NCBI GenBank assembly: GCA_043228905.1
Contig: JBHGNT010000012.1
Coordinates: 10,354,001 to 10,418,000 of the forward strand
Origin: Azolla caroliniana
Lineage: Eukaryota; Plantae; Polypodiophyta
Direction: 5' to 3'
Length of the DNA stretch: 64,000 bases
The position numbers and the translations under genes were made by a program. The number at the start of each line of letters is the position of its first letter. The stretch's first letter is position 1. The notes beneath the pieces are model-generated. The model worked only from the letters and a program-made list of their open reading frames with translations, was not told where the DNA came from and ran no database searches. Positions 39,001 through 50,341 of this stretch are shown here, in pieces.

Positions 39001-39375
39001 CAAATATAGCCTCGATGGACTCTCAGAAACATATTTACGAATATGTCTCTTCATCCGGTTCTCACTGGGCCTGTACCATCCGGTTCTCCGTAGCCGAGTA
39101 CTCCTCATCCGGTCTTCACGGGGTCTGCACCATCCGGCTCTCCGTAGCCGGGTACTCCTCATCCGGTTCATATCGGGTCGGCCTATCGGCCTCGGCCGAG
39201 TTTGTTCATCGGCACTGTTCTTCTCCCTGCCCATCCGAAGGGACCTGTCTCCCAACACTTTGAAAACCCTTTCCGCCTCTTTGTGTGATGGTGCCTCCAT
39301 GATCCTCAAGAATCCTTCCAAACCGTGTTGCTTTAACCACTTCTTGGCTGCCTCCAAGAGCATCATGTAGTCCAT
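36050..39375 (-). pseudogene. Large sense-strand extra ORF downstream of integrase (about 900 codons without the insert): globular N-terminus, low-complexity linker, coiled-coil C-terminus
   Basis: Consecutive minus-strand ORF pieces 38998-39375, 38306-38644, 37775-38116, 37466-37771, 36970-37452 and 36050-36802, broken by stops, frameshifts and a solo LTR. Confidence 0.75.
38601..39170 (-). mobile_element. Solo LTR of the Tork/TAR-like Copia family; right boundary uncertain and TSD not resolved
   Basis: Its reverse complement is colinear with the LTR at ~62560-63050 (…GGAGCGTTGCAGTTCCCGTCA); three ~45-bp repeats at 39050-39170. Confidence 0.8.
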
Positions 39376-41591
39376 TTCTCCTTCTGAGTCGGTGATTGCT
39401 GGGGAGGTAGGTGCGTTAGGGGGCTCTAGGTGCTCGCGTCTGATTATCTTCTATTGATTGGATGCGTTTGCGATTCTCTGTTCGCGAAATGAGAAGGCCT
39501 CCATGCGGTGTAGGTTTTCTTTCTACATGTTCGCGCCTTTCTCGATTCTTGCGCATGCGAACGTCGTGTACTATAATGGCAATGAAGTGCCATGTGGCGG
39601 CATTTTAATGCGCTATAAATAGCCCACTACTTGGCTTTTCATTGCATGTGCCCGTTCAGCCCTCCTTTTCATTGCATGTGGTCGTTCGCTCCTCGCCATC
39701 GCATAGTTGGGTTTGATTGGATTTTATTTATTTATTAATATGTATCTGGCCCAAATGAACCCGTCTCCGGATTGTGCTTGTTGATTGCCTGACCGGTTAT
39801 TCTCTCGTCGTGCTTACCGGTGTCTGGTGCGGTGTCAGCCTTTGTCTGCTCAAACGGGTTCTTTGGCATGGGTCCATAGTATGGTTTGAGTCGAAACCCA
39901 TTCACCCATTTACCCATAACTTCGCCGACGAGTGTTCCTAGTTGGTACGAACAGTTGAACTCCCGTGTAATCCAATATGGTCCGGTCCACCGAATCCGTA
40001 GCTTCCCCGACATCTTACCCATCCGGGTCTGGAATACAAGTACTCGCTTGCCGATCCTGAATCTTTTTTCGTTACCTTTCCGGTGTCGATCGACGAATGC
40101 TTTCCTTCTCCATTGCTCCAGTTCAATGTGCATCAGGCTGGCGATCCGGTGTTCCTCCAGTTCGCACAGTGCTGCTAGCCGGATGGTTTCCGACTCCTTC
40201 TCGTTCAGGCGTTCCCTAACCTGTAACCGCAAGCTAGGAACCTGGAATTCAATTGGCATTACCGCTTCCTATCCGAATGCCAATCGGAAAGGCGTTGTCC
40301 GGATACTTGTCTTATATGCTGTCCGGTAGGCCCATAGTGCACTATGCAGCTTTGTATCCCAATCCATCCGGTTCTCATTGACGATTTTCCAGAGGATGTT
40401 TTGTAGTCTCTTATTTGTGGATTCGGCTAATCCGTTGGCTTGCGGATAATACGGAGTGCTTTGCTTATGCCCTCCTTGGTCGCTGATTAGCTCGATCGGA
40501 CATCCATACCGGCACCAGATACATTCATATAAAAACTTTGTCGTGGATGTCGTGGTGTTGTCACGTAGTGCTTTGGCCTCCACCCACTTGGTGCAGTAGT
40601 CCGTAGCAACAATCACGTATCGGTTGCCGGTTCTCATTGCTGGTGGTTTAAATGGGCCGACGAAGTCCAACCCCCATTTCTAAAATGATTCCAATGGCAG
40701 CACGGGTTGGTGAGGCATTCTTGCCTGTTCCGTTGGTTGGCCCATTCGTTGACACAAATCACATTCTTTAGCATACCGGACGGCGTCTTTTAATGTTTTT
40801 GGCCACCATAGGCCACTCTACCATATTTTCCTTGTTGTAGCATCCCCAGCATAATGCCCTCTGGCAACACCGTAGTGTGCTTTGCGCAGTATTTGGTCTT
40901 TTTCATCGATGCGCACCGCGCGCTGCCATATGTCGTCCGCGCCTTTATGATACAGTGTGTCCTGTAGTAGGCAAAAGGGTCGGCTTTGTACTGCTAATCT
41001 TTTCCGCCCGTCTCTGTTCACCTCCTCTGGAGGTAAGCCAGTGCTTAGGACTTGGTGCATGCTAGTGAGCCACTTGTCCTCCTCGGTAATCGTGCCATCT
41101 GTTGCCATTTCGGCTATGACCCTAAACAAGTCTGCATCCGGAAATTCGTCTGCAACCCCGTCACCGGTTTCTCCGGAGTCTAACCGACTCAAATAATCCA
41201 CAACCGCATGTTGTATGCTTGGTCGGTGTCAGGAATAGTACTGAGACAGAGAAGGAATTAGTACTAAACGAAGGATTAGTACTATGAGAGGTGTAGAACT
41301 TCTTCGAGAGAAGGAAGGAGTGAGCGAGACGGAGAGAAAGAGAGAGATCGAGAGATAGAGAGATAGAGAGTGATGATAAGAAAGATATGTATTATATGAA
41401 GAGAATATACAATGGTGGCTAAAAGTCTTATGACTGGCGTTGAACCAATTTGGTTCAACATAATGCCTAGTGCCCTCTTTTATAGTGTTTTCAGGAGTAA
41501 TCCTGAAGCTTCTAGAATGTTCCAGAGAAATCTGGAATATACACTAATTTCCTATAATAAAATGTAAATGAAAATAATATCCTACGTATTA

Positions 41592-41663
41592 CAATAGATG
41601 GTCTAATGGTCAAGAGCTCGACCCATATAACCTAAGGTCATGGGTTCGAGTCTTGCTATATCA
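41592..41663 (+). promoter_or_regulatory. tRNA-like Pol III A/B-box cassette at the U3 terminus of the LTR, antisense; also present at ~46859-46930, ~540-610 and, on minus, ~59686-59757
   Basis: A-box TGGTCTAATGG 41599-41609; B-box GGTTCGAGTC 41643-41652; spacing 45 nt; the middle CCCATATAACCTAAGGTC resembles a tRNA-Met anticodon/variable region. Confidence 0.65.
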
Positions 41664-44600
41664 TGACACTATCTCCCCTTTAAAACGACGAATGTCACGA
41701 GTCGTCTTGGATTGAGGACCCGGTTTGTGTGGATATTGACGATGGAAGTCTTCAAGAAGAGCACGCGCATTGGTCACATTCTCAATCGGTTCCCAAGTAT
41801 GTTCGCTTGGACTATAGCCTAGCCAATCGACTAGATAGTAGAGCTTGTTGCGAACAATCTTGGAATCAAGGATGGCGGCAACCTCGTACTCCGGCCCATC
41901 TTCAAGCTCAATCGGGGGTGGAGGTTGGATAAGACATCCTGGGATGGTGCTCTCATGGTAGGGTTCAAGGAGAGAACTATGAAACACCGGATGTATCCGA
42001 AGTTGAGGAGGTAGATCGAGACGAAAAGCGACATCATTAATCTGTCCAATAATACGGAAAGGACCTAATCGCCGATAATCCAACTTCTCACAGGGGCGAG
42101 TAGTCTTGATGTGTCGTCGTAGCAGCCACACCCGATCTCCAATATTAAAACTGGATGGAAGTCGTTGACGATCCGCGTAGACCTTGTGTGTTTGTTGAGC
42201 TTGGTGGAGATGAGTAGATAAATCCGCTTGTATCTTGCGTAACCGCTCCAAATGATCCTCCGCGCACGGATTTGTGGACACCTCTGGGGTTTCAAGTACA
42301 CTCCACCGGGGGTGACATCCCGTATAAGCATAAAATGACGTAACTTTAGTGGATGCGTGGATAGAGTTGTTATAGGCAAATTCGGCGAAGTGGAGAATAT
42401 CTGCCCAGTCGTCCTGATGATAACTGAGAAAGCACCGCAGATACTGCTCCAGCATTTGATTTGTTCGTTCAGCTTGGCCGTCGGTTTGTGGGTGGTAGCC
42501 GGAGGAGAGGTTATAAGAGACCTTGAGCATGTTAAAAAGCTGCTTCCAGAATTTTGACCCGAACTGGGGTCCACGGTCGTTGATGATACTATCGGGAAGT
42601 CCATGATGCCGACATACTTCACGCATGACAATTTCGGCAGTGTCTTCACTGGAGATCTCCTTACTACATGGCAAGAAATGAGCCATCTTTGTGTATCGAT
42701 CGACCACTGTTAGAATCGCATTGAACCCCTTAGAGACTGGAAGATCTGTGATGAAGTCTAGAGCAATGGATTGCCACGGCTTGCTTGGAATTGGTAATGG
42801 TTCTAATAAACCATATGGATGATGCCTTGGCATTTTCGCTCTGCAACATGTATCACAAGTCCGAACAAAATCCTCGACAAATTGTCGCATACAGGGCCAC
42901 CAGAATGATCGTTGTACTAAATGTAATGTTTTAGTACTACCAAAATGCCCAGCTGTATATGTGTCATGGCAGTTTTGAACTACTCGAAGGCGGCAAGAAC
43001 CATTAGGAACATACAAAAGTTCTTTAAAGAAGAGTAATCCATCATGGTATTTGAATTGCCGATAGTCCGTACCTGGTGGTTGCGACTGTGAACACGACAC
43101 TCGAGAGGGATCAATTTGTGCTAGTATAGCTTGGGCGAACGCATCTGTCTTCAAGTCTTCACGTATGGTATCGATAACACGGGAATCCATGGGCATGTCA
43201 AAGATTTGTGTTGCTTGTAGTCGTGCCGGTCCCAAGATGACTTGTTTTTGGTTATCAAGAGCTGGCTCGCCGGGACGGGATGCTAGATACGAACGTCGTG
43301 ATAATGCATCTACCTTCCCTTGGTGCATCCCCGGACGATATGTAATTTTGAAGTTGAAACACGTGAGGAAGTGGGCCCACCGAGCTTGACGTTGATTCAA
43401 CACACGAGCATCCTCAAAGTAGGCAAGATTCTTGTGATCACTAAATACGGTGACTGGATGAGAGGATCCCTTCAGAAAATGCCTCCATTGCATAAAAGAA
43501 TCCACTATTGCCAATAGCTCCTTATCATGAATTTCGTAGTTAATTTCAGCGGCGTCAAACTTGCATGAGTGAAAAGCCACATGATGTAGCTTCTCATCAT
43601 TCCCCTGTTGTGACAGAATGCTCCCCAATGCAAAATCCGATGCGTCAGCTTCGATAATGAATGCTTTTTCTGGATCGACATGAGCTAGAATTGGAGCCAA
43701 TGTAAATGCCTTTTTAAGACTCTCGAAAGCCATGTCCGTTTCTTCAGACTAGATGAACGGTTGTCCCTTCCTGGTAAGTTGTGTGAGAGGTAGAACGATC
43801 TTTGAGTAATCTTGTATGAACTTTCGGTAAAAATTGGCAAAGCCTAGGAAGCATTGCACATCCCGCACCGAACGCGGAGTCTGCCATTCTACCACCGTTT
43901 TGACCTTAGCTGGGTCCATGGAGATGCCTTCTGACGAAATGATGTAGCCGAGAAATTCCACTTGGTTGCACCCGAAACTACATTTTTCCAGCTTTGCATA
44001 CAGACCATGTTCTCGAAGTCGTTTTAGTACTAGTAGTACATGAGAATCATGTTCTTCTTGGGTCTTTGAATAAACCAGTAGATCATCCAAATAGATGATC
44101 AAACAATCATCCAATAGATCTCGGAATATATCATTAGCCATGTGCTGGAAGACTACCGGCGCATTAGTGAGGCCGAACAGCATGACCGTATACTCGAAGT
44201 GCCCATATCTGGTGCGAAACGCGGTCTTCCATTCGTGTCCTGGTCGGATCCGTACGAGGTTATATGCTCCTCGTAAGTCGATCTTCGTGAAGAACCTGGC
44301 ACCATTGATCCGTTCTAAAAGACTTGAGATAAGGGGATGAGGATACCTATTCCTGATTGTAACCTTATTTAAGCCACGGTAATCTACAACGAGACGAAGC
44401 GATCCATCTTTTTTCTTGACAAAGAAAATGGGCGCGCCGGTTGGAGATTTCGAATGTCGAATGAAACCATTTTCTAAATTCTCCTCGATATAGGCCCGAA
44501 GGACTTCCAGCTCGGTTGGTGACAAATTGTAGATCGGTCCCCATGGCGACTCTTTTCCCGGTTGTAAATCGATGGGGCAATCGTACGGTCGATGATGAGG

Positions 44601-45218
44601 AAGTGTGTTGGCTTGTACTTTATCGAACACATCGGCGTAATGACGATACTTCTCGGGAAGTTGAACGGTGGATTCTTCTTTAGTGGTGCTAGAGGGGTTT
44701 ACTGATATTGCAAAGAGGAACATTTCCTCCTCGCACCCTTCTTTACGCAACTGATGTAGCGAAATGGTTGCCATCTTCTGAGTTGTCCCTTGGGTTTGTC
44801 GACACCGGATTTCTCTTGTTCTCCAATCTATGTCTGGGTTATGTAACTCGAACCACGGTAATCCTAAAACTATAGGATGTTCTGGGATACTAATAATATT
44901 AAATGATACTACACATGCCAAGTTATCTAGGACAATATTAATGGGCTCTGACTCTTCTATGATATTTCCGGAAGCAATGGGACGTCCATCAATGACTACT
45001 ACAGAGGCTGGACACTGGAGTTTTCTTAGGGATATCTTATGAGCTTGAGCAAATTTCTTATCCATAAAGCAAGAGTTAGCTCCGAAATCTAGGAGTGCTA
45101 GGACATGTACTGGAGGGGTACTTTTAGTACTAACTATTACTTGGGCTATGAACACATCACTAACTTGCTTAGAGGGAATGGAACCACTAATGGGTTGCAC
45201 AGATCTAGGGTTGTCCAA
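41661..45218 (-). pseudogene. pol: Pol polyprotein PR-RT-RH-INT-chromodomain with one premature stop at 43749-43751
   Basis: ORFs 43749-45218 (LLDFGANSCF, YLDDLL) and 41661-43733 (IEADASD, rve core, GPF, EYEVAAILDSK chromodomain) are in frame; the paralogue at ~56040 has TGG at the stop position. Confidence 0.93.
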
Positions 45219-45244
45219 CCAAACGGCTCCTATTTTGGCTGGAC

Positions 45245-46195
45245 TTAGTCGTTTAACTCTTCTTCTAACTGACTAAGGACATCAAATTTGTTCGCTAGAT
45301 CTGGGCTATTAGTACTATTAGGACTATCAGATATCCCTACTGAAATAGGCTCGGGTTTAGTACAATTAGAACTAGCGACTATTTGGTTTACCTGTCTTCT
45401 TGGCCTATGCGGGCAATTTATTGCGATATGTCCTGGTCCACCGCAGTAAAGACATAGTCGATTTGTACGGCGTCGCTGCTTTTCTTCTTCGGATAATGGC
45501 CCTCGACGACGTGTAGTGTCAATCTCCATCGGAGTCGGAATATTCGTTGGAGGCGCATTATATGACTCCCTCGGAAAAGGTCTTGCTACCACTGAGGCGT
45601 AGGTGGGCTCTAATCTTGGCCTCAGCATCTGTAGCTGTCTTTCCGAACGTCGCTCAAAGAGGCGGTTGTCACATCTCACCGCGCGACTGATTGCTTCCGT
45701 TAAGGACTTTGGCTCTTCGGGGAAGGTCAAGAGTAAATCCTTGACGTCGTTGCGTAAACCATAACGGAATTGCTCCATCAACACTTGATCATCCCAAGGG
45801 ATATCGACGGCGAGTAGGCAAAAATCTGCAGCGTATGCGGAGGCTGAACGGTCACCTTGGCGTAATTGCCGAATTTTGTTGATTGCGGTCCTGATGCTGT
45901 CAGTATCTCCGGAACATGCTTTAAACTCACCTAGAAACTCTTCAAAATTGTTGAGTAACGGAGATTCCTTTTCTAATAGTGAAGCGAACCATGACAACGC
46001 TGAGCCACTTAACAAAGTGCCTACTAAACCCACTCGTGATGCATCGGTGGGATATCGGGAAGGATGCATTTGGATAACTAATGGTACCTGGTTAAGGAAC
46101 CCTCTAAACTGCAATCGCGTTCCATCGAACTTCGTGGGAAGGCCAATCTTGGGTTCTTTATTAATCCCTTGTGTTCCGGGCCCTTGTTGTTGCAT
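45245..46195 (-). CDS. gag: Gag (retrotransposon capsid with CCHC zinc knuckle); the true start is probably further upstream
   Basis: PTKFDGTR, LRQGDRSASAYAADF, PTPMEID and CLYCGGPGHIAINC motifs. Confidence 0.9.
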   Translation of the reverse strand: MQQQGPGTQGINKEPKIGLPTKFDGTRLQFRGFLNQVPLVIQMHPSRYPTDASRVGLVGTLLSGSALSWFASLLEKESPLLNNFEEFLGEFKACSGDTDSIRTAINKIRQLRQGDRSASAYAADFCLLAVDIPWDDQVLMEQFRYGLRNDVKDLLLTFPEEPKSLTEAISRAVRCDNRLFERRSERQLQMLRPRLEPTYASVVARPFPRESYNAPPTNIPTPMEIDTTRRRGPLSEEEKQRRRTNRLCLYCGGPGHIAINCPHRPRRQVNQIVASSNCTKPEPISVGISDSPNSTNSPDLANKFDVLSQLEEELND

Positions 46196-46455
46196 CGCTA
46201 CGATGGTTGCTTCGAGTTGTTGAATGCGTAACGCAAGTTCCCCATGTTGTTATTGCGTTTGCTGCTTTTCTAAGGAGATTTGCTGAAGATCCCCCAGCAA
46301 CCGTTGGTTTTCTTTTTCCAAAGCATGGAACTTCTCTTTCAAGCATTAAAATTCTGAGAAAACAGATTGATATTCTTCAGCGCTAATAGTGGCCATGGGA
46401 TGAAAGAAAAGAAGAATAAGAGATTAGTAGGAAATGAGAGAGACAGAAGGTAGGA

Positions 46456-46468
46456 AAATTGGTTCAAA
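46456..46468 (-). promoter_or_regulatory. Self-priming type PBS (no tRNA complement)
   Basis: Minus-strand TTGAACCAATT just after the 5' LTR is complementary to AATTGGTTCAA in the LTR about 30 nt downstream of the TATA box. Confidence 0.75.
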
Positions 46469-46574
46469 GTGTCAGGAACAATACTAAGACAGAGAAGGAA
46501 TTAGTACTAAACGAAGGATTAGTACTATGAGAGGTGTAGAACTTCTTTGAGAGAAGGAAGGAGTGAGCGAGACG

Positions 46575-46645
<71 letters not shown>

Positions 46646-49600
46646 AGAAAGATATGTATTATATGAAGAGAATATACAATGGTGGCTAAAAGGCTTAAGA
46701 CTGGCGTTGAACCAATTTGGTTCAACATAATGCCTAGTGCCCTCTTTTATAGTGTTTTCAGGAGTAATCCTGAAGCTTCTAGAATGTTCCAGAGAAATCT
46801 AGAATATACACTAATTTCCTATAATAAAATGTAAATGAAAATAATATTCTACGTATTACAATAGATGGTCTAATGGTCAAGAGCTCGACCCATATAACCT
46901 AAGGTCATGGGTTCGAGTCTTGCCATATCATGACAGTCGGTGGAATATCTCAAACTCATATTCCTGTAATAATAGCGTCTATCGGGCCAGCTTACCCGTG
47001 AGTGATGCTTTCGAGACCAAGTAAAGTAGTGCCGAATGATCTACATGAAAGGAAAATTTCCTCCCCAACAGATAGTGTCAAAACTTGGTGACGCTATAGA
47101 TCATGCCCAAGGCCTCTCTTTCCGTCGTAGAGTAATTCCGTTCCACCTGGGACAGCTTATGACTGGCATAATACACGGGCCGGTACCACTTGGGTTCGGT
47201 AAGCTGCATTAATGCACTCCGTATTGCTATGTCGGACGCGTCTACGAATACGTGGAATTCGTTAGACCAATCCGGAGGTTGCACCACCGGTGCTTGTGAT
47301 AGTAGTACTTTTAATGCCCAGTAAGCCTTCTCTTTTGTGTCCGTCCATTGAAACGGTGTCCGTTGCACCGCGCCATGCAATGGTGTGGCCAGGTCTGCTA
47401 GATACTGGAGCATCCTGCTATGCCATCAGATTTGTCCTAGGAACCGACTCAATGCTTTCGCCGTGGTGGGTGCCAGTGCCTCCAAAATTTCTTTGACCTT
47501 GTCCGGGTCTACTGCAATACCGTCCTTGCTAACGATGTGGCCTAGTAATGCCCCGCTTGACACACCGAACACGCATGTTTCCGGGTTAAGGCTTAACCGG
47601 TAAACCCTACATTTCTCAAGACATAGTCGAAGGTATTGGAGGTGTTCCCCTTCCTGGCTGTACATGGCGAAGTCGTCTAAGAACACCTACATGAATGTTG
47701 AAATAAATTCTCCGAAAATCTCCATGATGATTCGTTGAAAGGTTTCCGGCGCCATTTTAGGTCCGAACATCATGACTATGGCGACAAATACTCCACATTC
47801 GGTAACAAAAGCGGTTTTCTCCTGGTCGTCAGGGTGCATCCGGATCTGATTGTAGCCGCTAAACCCATCTAGGAAACTTTACACTTCGTGACCGGCTACC
47901 GCATCCAGGACTCCATCCGTAAACGGAAGTGGGAATGCGTCGGTCACCGTTGCCGCATTCAACTTCCGATAGTCGACACATACCCGGATTTTTCCGTTCT
48001 TTTTCAGTACGACGACTATCGGACTTAGCCACGTTGCCTTCTTGACCGATCGGATGAACCCTACCCGTAACAATTTGTCGATTTCATCCTTTACTTTTGC
48101 TGCATAGTTAGGGTTCATCCGGTAGCGCCGTTATGCCACCAGCTTGGCGTCCTTACTAAGATGTATCTGGTGTTGATACAACTAAGGGTCTAGCCCCCGC
48201 ATGTCCTCATAAGAGCACGTGAACACGTCCCAGAACTCCTTTAATAAGTTGATTGTTTCCGTCTTCCTTTCGGGAGTCATTTCTTTGGCGATGTGAGCCG
48301 GTCTCGCGTCTTTTGCGGTGCCGAGGTTTACCTCTTCTAGTTGAGAGGCTTTTACGCATTGAGATACTGCCAATTCCTTCTCCAATGCTCCCTACGCTTG
48401 GCGTAACTCTCTGATGGCCTCCTTATCCGGTTCTTCACCGGCCTCCTCCGGTATGATGTATGGTGCCACTGCTTCGGCGACATCGACTTCAAATAAGGGT
48501 ACAAATTTTGGATTCTCCTGTAAGTACTAATTGACCTCCTCATCAGCCAATCCTTCAAGCATGTTGACACATTCCGCATACAACGGTGTCAGCTCCTTTC
48601 CGGTACTTGAACGTGGTTGTGTAGGTACCCGTACTTTCGCTTTGCCGCGCTAAAAAGTGATTATGTTTTTCCGCCAGTTTTTCTTGATGTGCGTTGTTTT
48701 CAACCATGGCCGGCCCAACAATAGTGGGTATGCTCCTTGTGCATTGAGCTGGAGGACTACTGCCGAAATGCGGAATGTGTGACCTCCGATAGTCACTTCT
48801 AAATCTCATATCAATCCGGTAGGCCATCCAGAGCCAAAATGGGCATGGCTCCCAGTCCTGGATTCCTAGGGTATTACAAGTTCGGAGGCTAATCACATTC
48901 ACGTTGGATCCTCTATCTATAATCGTTCCAGGTAGCTCTTGTCCCTTGACGATGGTTGTGATAGCCGGACTGATTGTTTCCACTACCGTCGGTCCTTCCT
49001 CCGGATTAGAAAAGAATGTCGGAGCCGATGTCGTGCCGACCGCAGCCATTCATGTCTTCAGTCCTTCTGTAAACCGAGGTACTAACTGCAATAGCCTACC
49101 TAATGGCAGGGTGATTTGGCATTCTTGCAACGCTTGCCATGTTGGGTTTTCTGCTTGGCCATTGCCAGTTGTCTCCTCTAGGTTCTCCTTTTGTTGTTCC
49201 AGTTTGGCCACATTCTGCTCGTTTGCCTTTTTCACCCATTCGGTGGCCTGCTTTCGGATGGCTTCTTGGGTTTCCCACTCCGTTGCTTTTCCTTTTGCCC
49301 TCATGGACACTTCTTGTCTGTCCACTACCACCATTTTCGCCGGACATTGGTTACTGTAGTGTCCCTCTTGTCGGCAATAGTAACAGTATGTCTTCCGGCT
49401 GTTGCTGGATTCTGCTTTCGCCCCGGCACCCAGTTGAGGTCTTGTGGTAAGTGCTTGGCCTTGGTCCGGTTGGTTGCTTGATGTACCCTGTTCCGGCTCC
49501 CGTTGATGACCCCTTTTTTTATTGAAATGTCGTTTTTTGTTGAACTGCTTTTTGTTGAACCCTCCAATACCACTAAAGAGGAGTCCACCGTTTAACTTCT

Positions 49601-50341
49601 AGAGAAGTATAGTCATTATGCTAATGTGTTCGATAAAGTACAAGCCAATACGCTTCCTCACCATCGACCGTATGATTGCCCCATCGATTTACAACCAGGA
49701 AAAGAGCCACCATGGGGACCGATCTACAATTTGTCACCAACCAAGCTAGAAGTCCTTCGAGCCTATATAGAGGAGAATTTGGCAAATGGTTCCATTTGAC
49801 ATTCGAAATCTCTAGCCGGCACACCCATTTTCTTCGTCAAGAAAAAGGATGGAACACTTCGTCTCGTCGTAGATTACTGTGGCTTGAATAAGGTCACCAT
49901 CAGGAATAGGTATGCACTTCCCCTTATCTCAAGTCTTTTAGAACGGATCAATGGTGCAAGATTCTTCACAAAGATTGACTTACGAGGATCATATAACCTC
50001 GTAAAGATCCGACTAGGAGATGAATGGAAGACCGCGTTTCGCACCAGATATGGGCACTTCGAGTATACGGTCATGCCCTTCGGCCTCACTAATGCGCCAG
50101 TAGTCTTCCAACACATGGTAAATAATATATTCTGAGATCTCTTGGATGTTTTTTTTATCATCTATTGGATGATGTACTGGTTTATTCGAAGACCCAAGAT
50201 GAGCATGATTCTGTACTGTTAGTACTAAAACGACTTTGAGAACATGGTCTTTATGCAAAGCTGGAAAAATGTAGTTTCGGGTGCAACCATGTAGAATTTT
50301 TGGGCTATGTCATTTCCTCAGAAGGCATCTCCATGGATCTA

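Larger units (their letters stand above)
41227..46935 (-). mobile_element. Near-intact full-length Tcn1-like chromovirus, 5.7 kb: LTRs 46470-46935 and 41227-41668, TSD GTCGG
   Basis: TG...CA LTR pair differing by a few substitutions and (GA)n length; GTCGG at 41222-41226 and 46936-46940; PPT at 41669-41683. Confidence 0.97.
35286..49550 (-). mobile_element. Athila-like non-chromovirus Ty3/Gypsy, 5'-truncated: gag end/PR/RT/RH 49550-46941, RH end/INT 41226-39735, extra ORF 39375-36050, probable 3' LTR 35286-35782; hosts two insertions
   Basis: PR IIDRGSNVNVI; RT WLSPIVVVLKKNGKIRVCVDYRKLN and FLDDF; RH FHVFVDASD; INT DYCTKWVEAKAL and WTGPY; LTR on minus TGACG...TAACA preceded by purine-rich GGATAGTGGGATT. 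The LTR has no partner in the window. Confidence 0.85.

Noticed and set aside
41592-41663. Functional tRNA gene
   Set aside because: Acceptor and T stems pair poorly, there is no T-run terminator and it lies within an LTR; kept only as a tRNA-like cassette.
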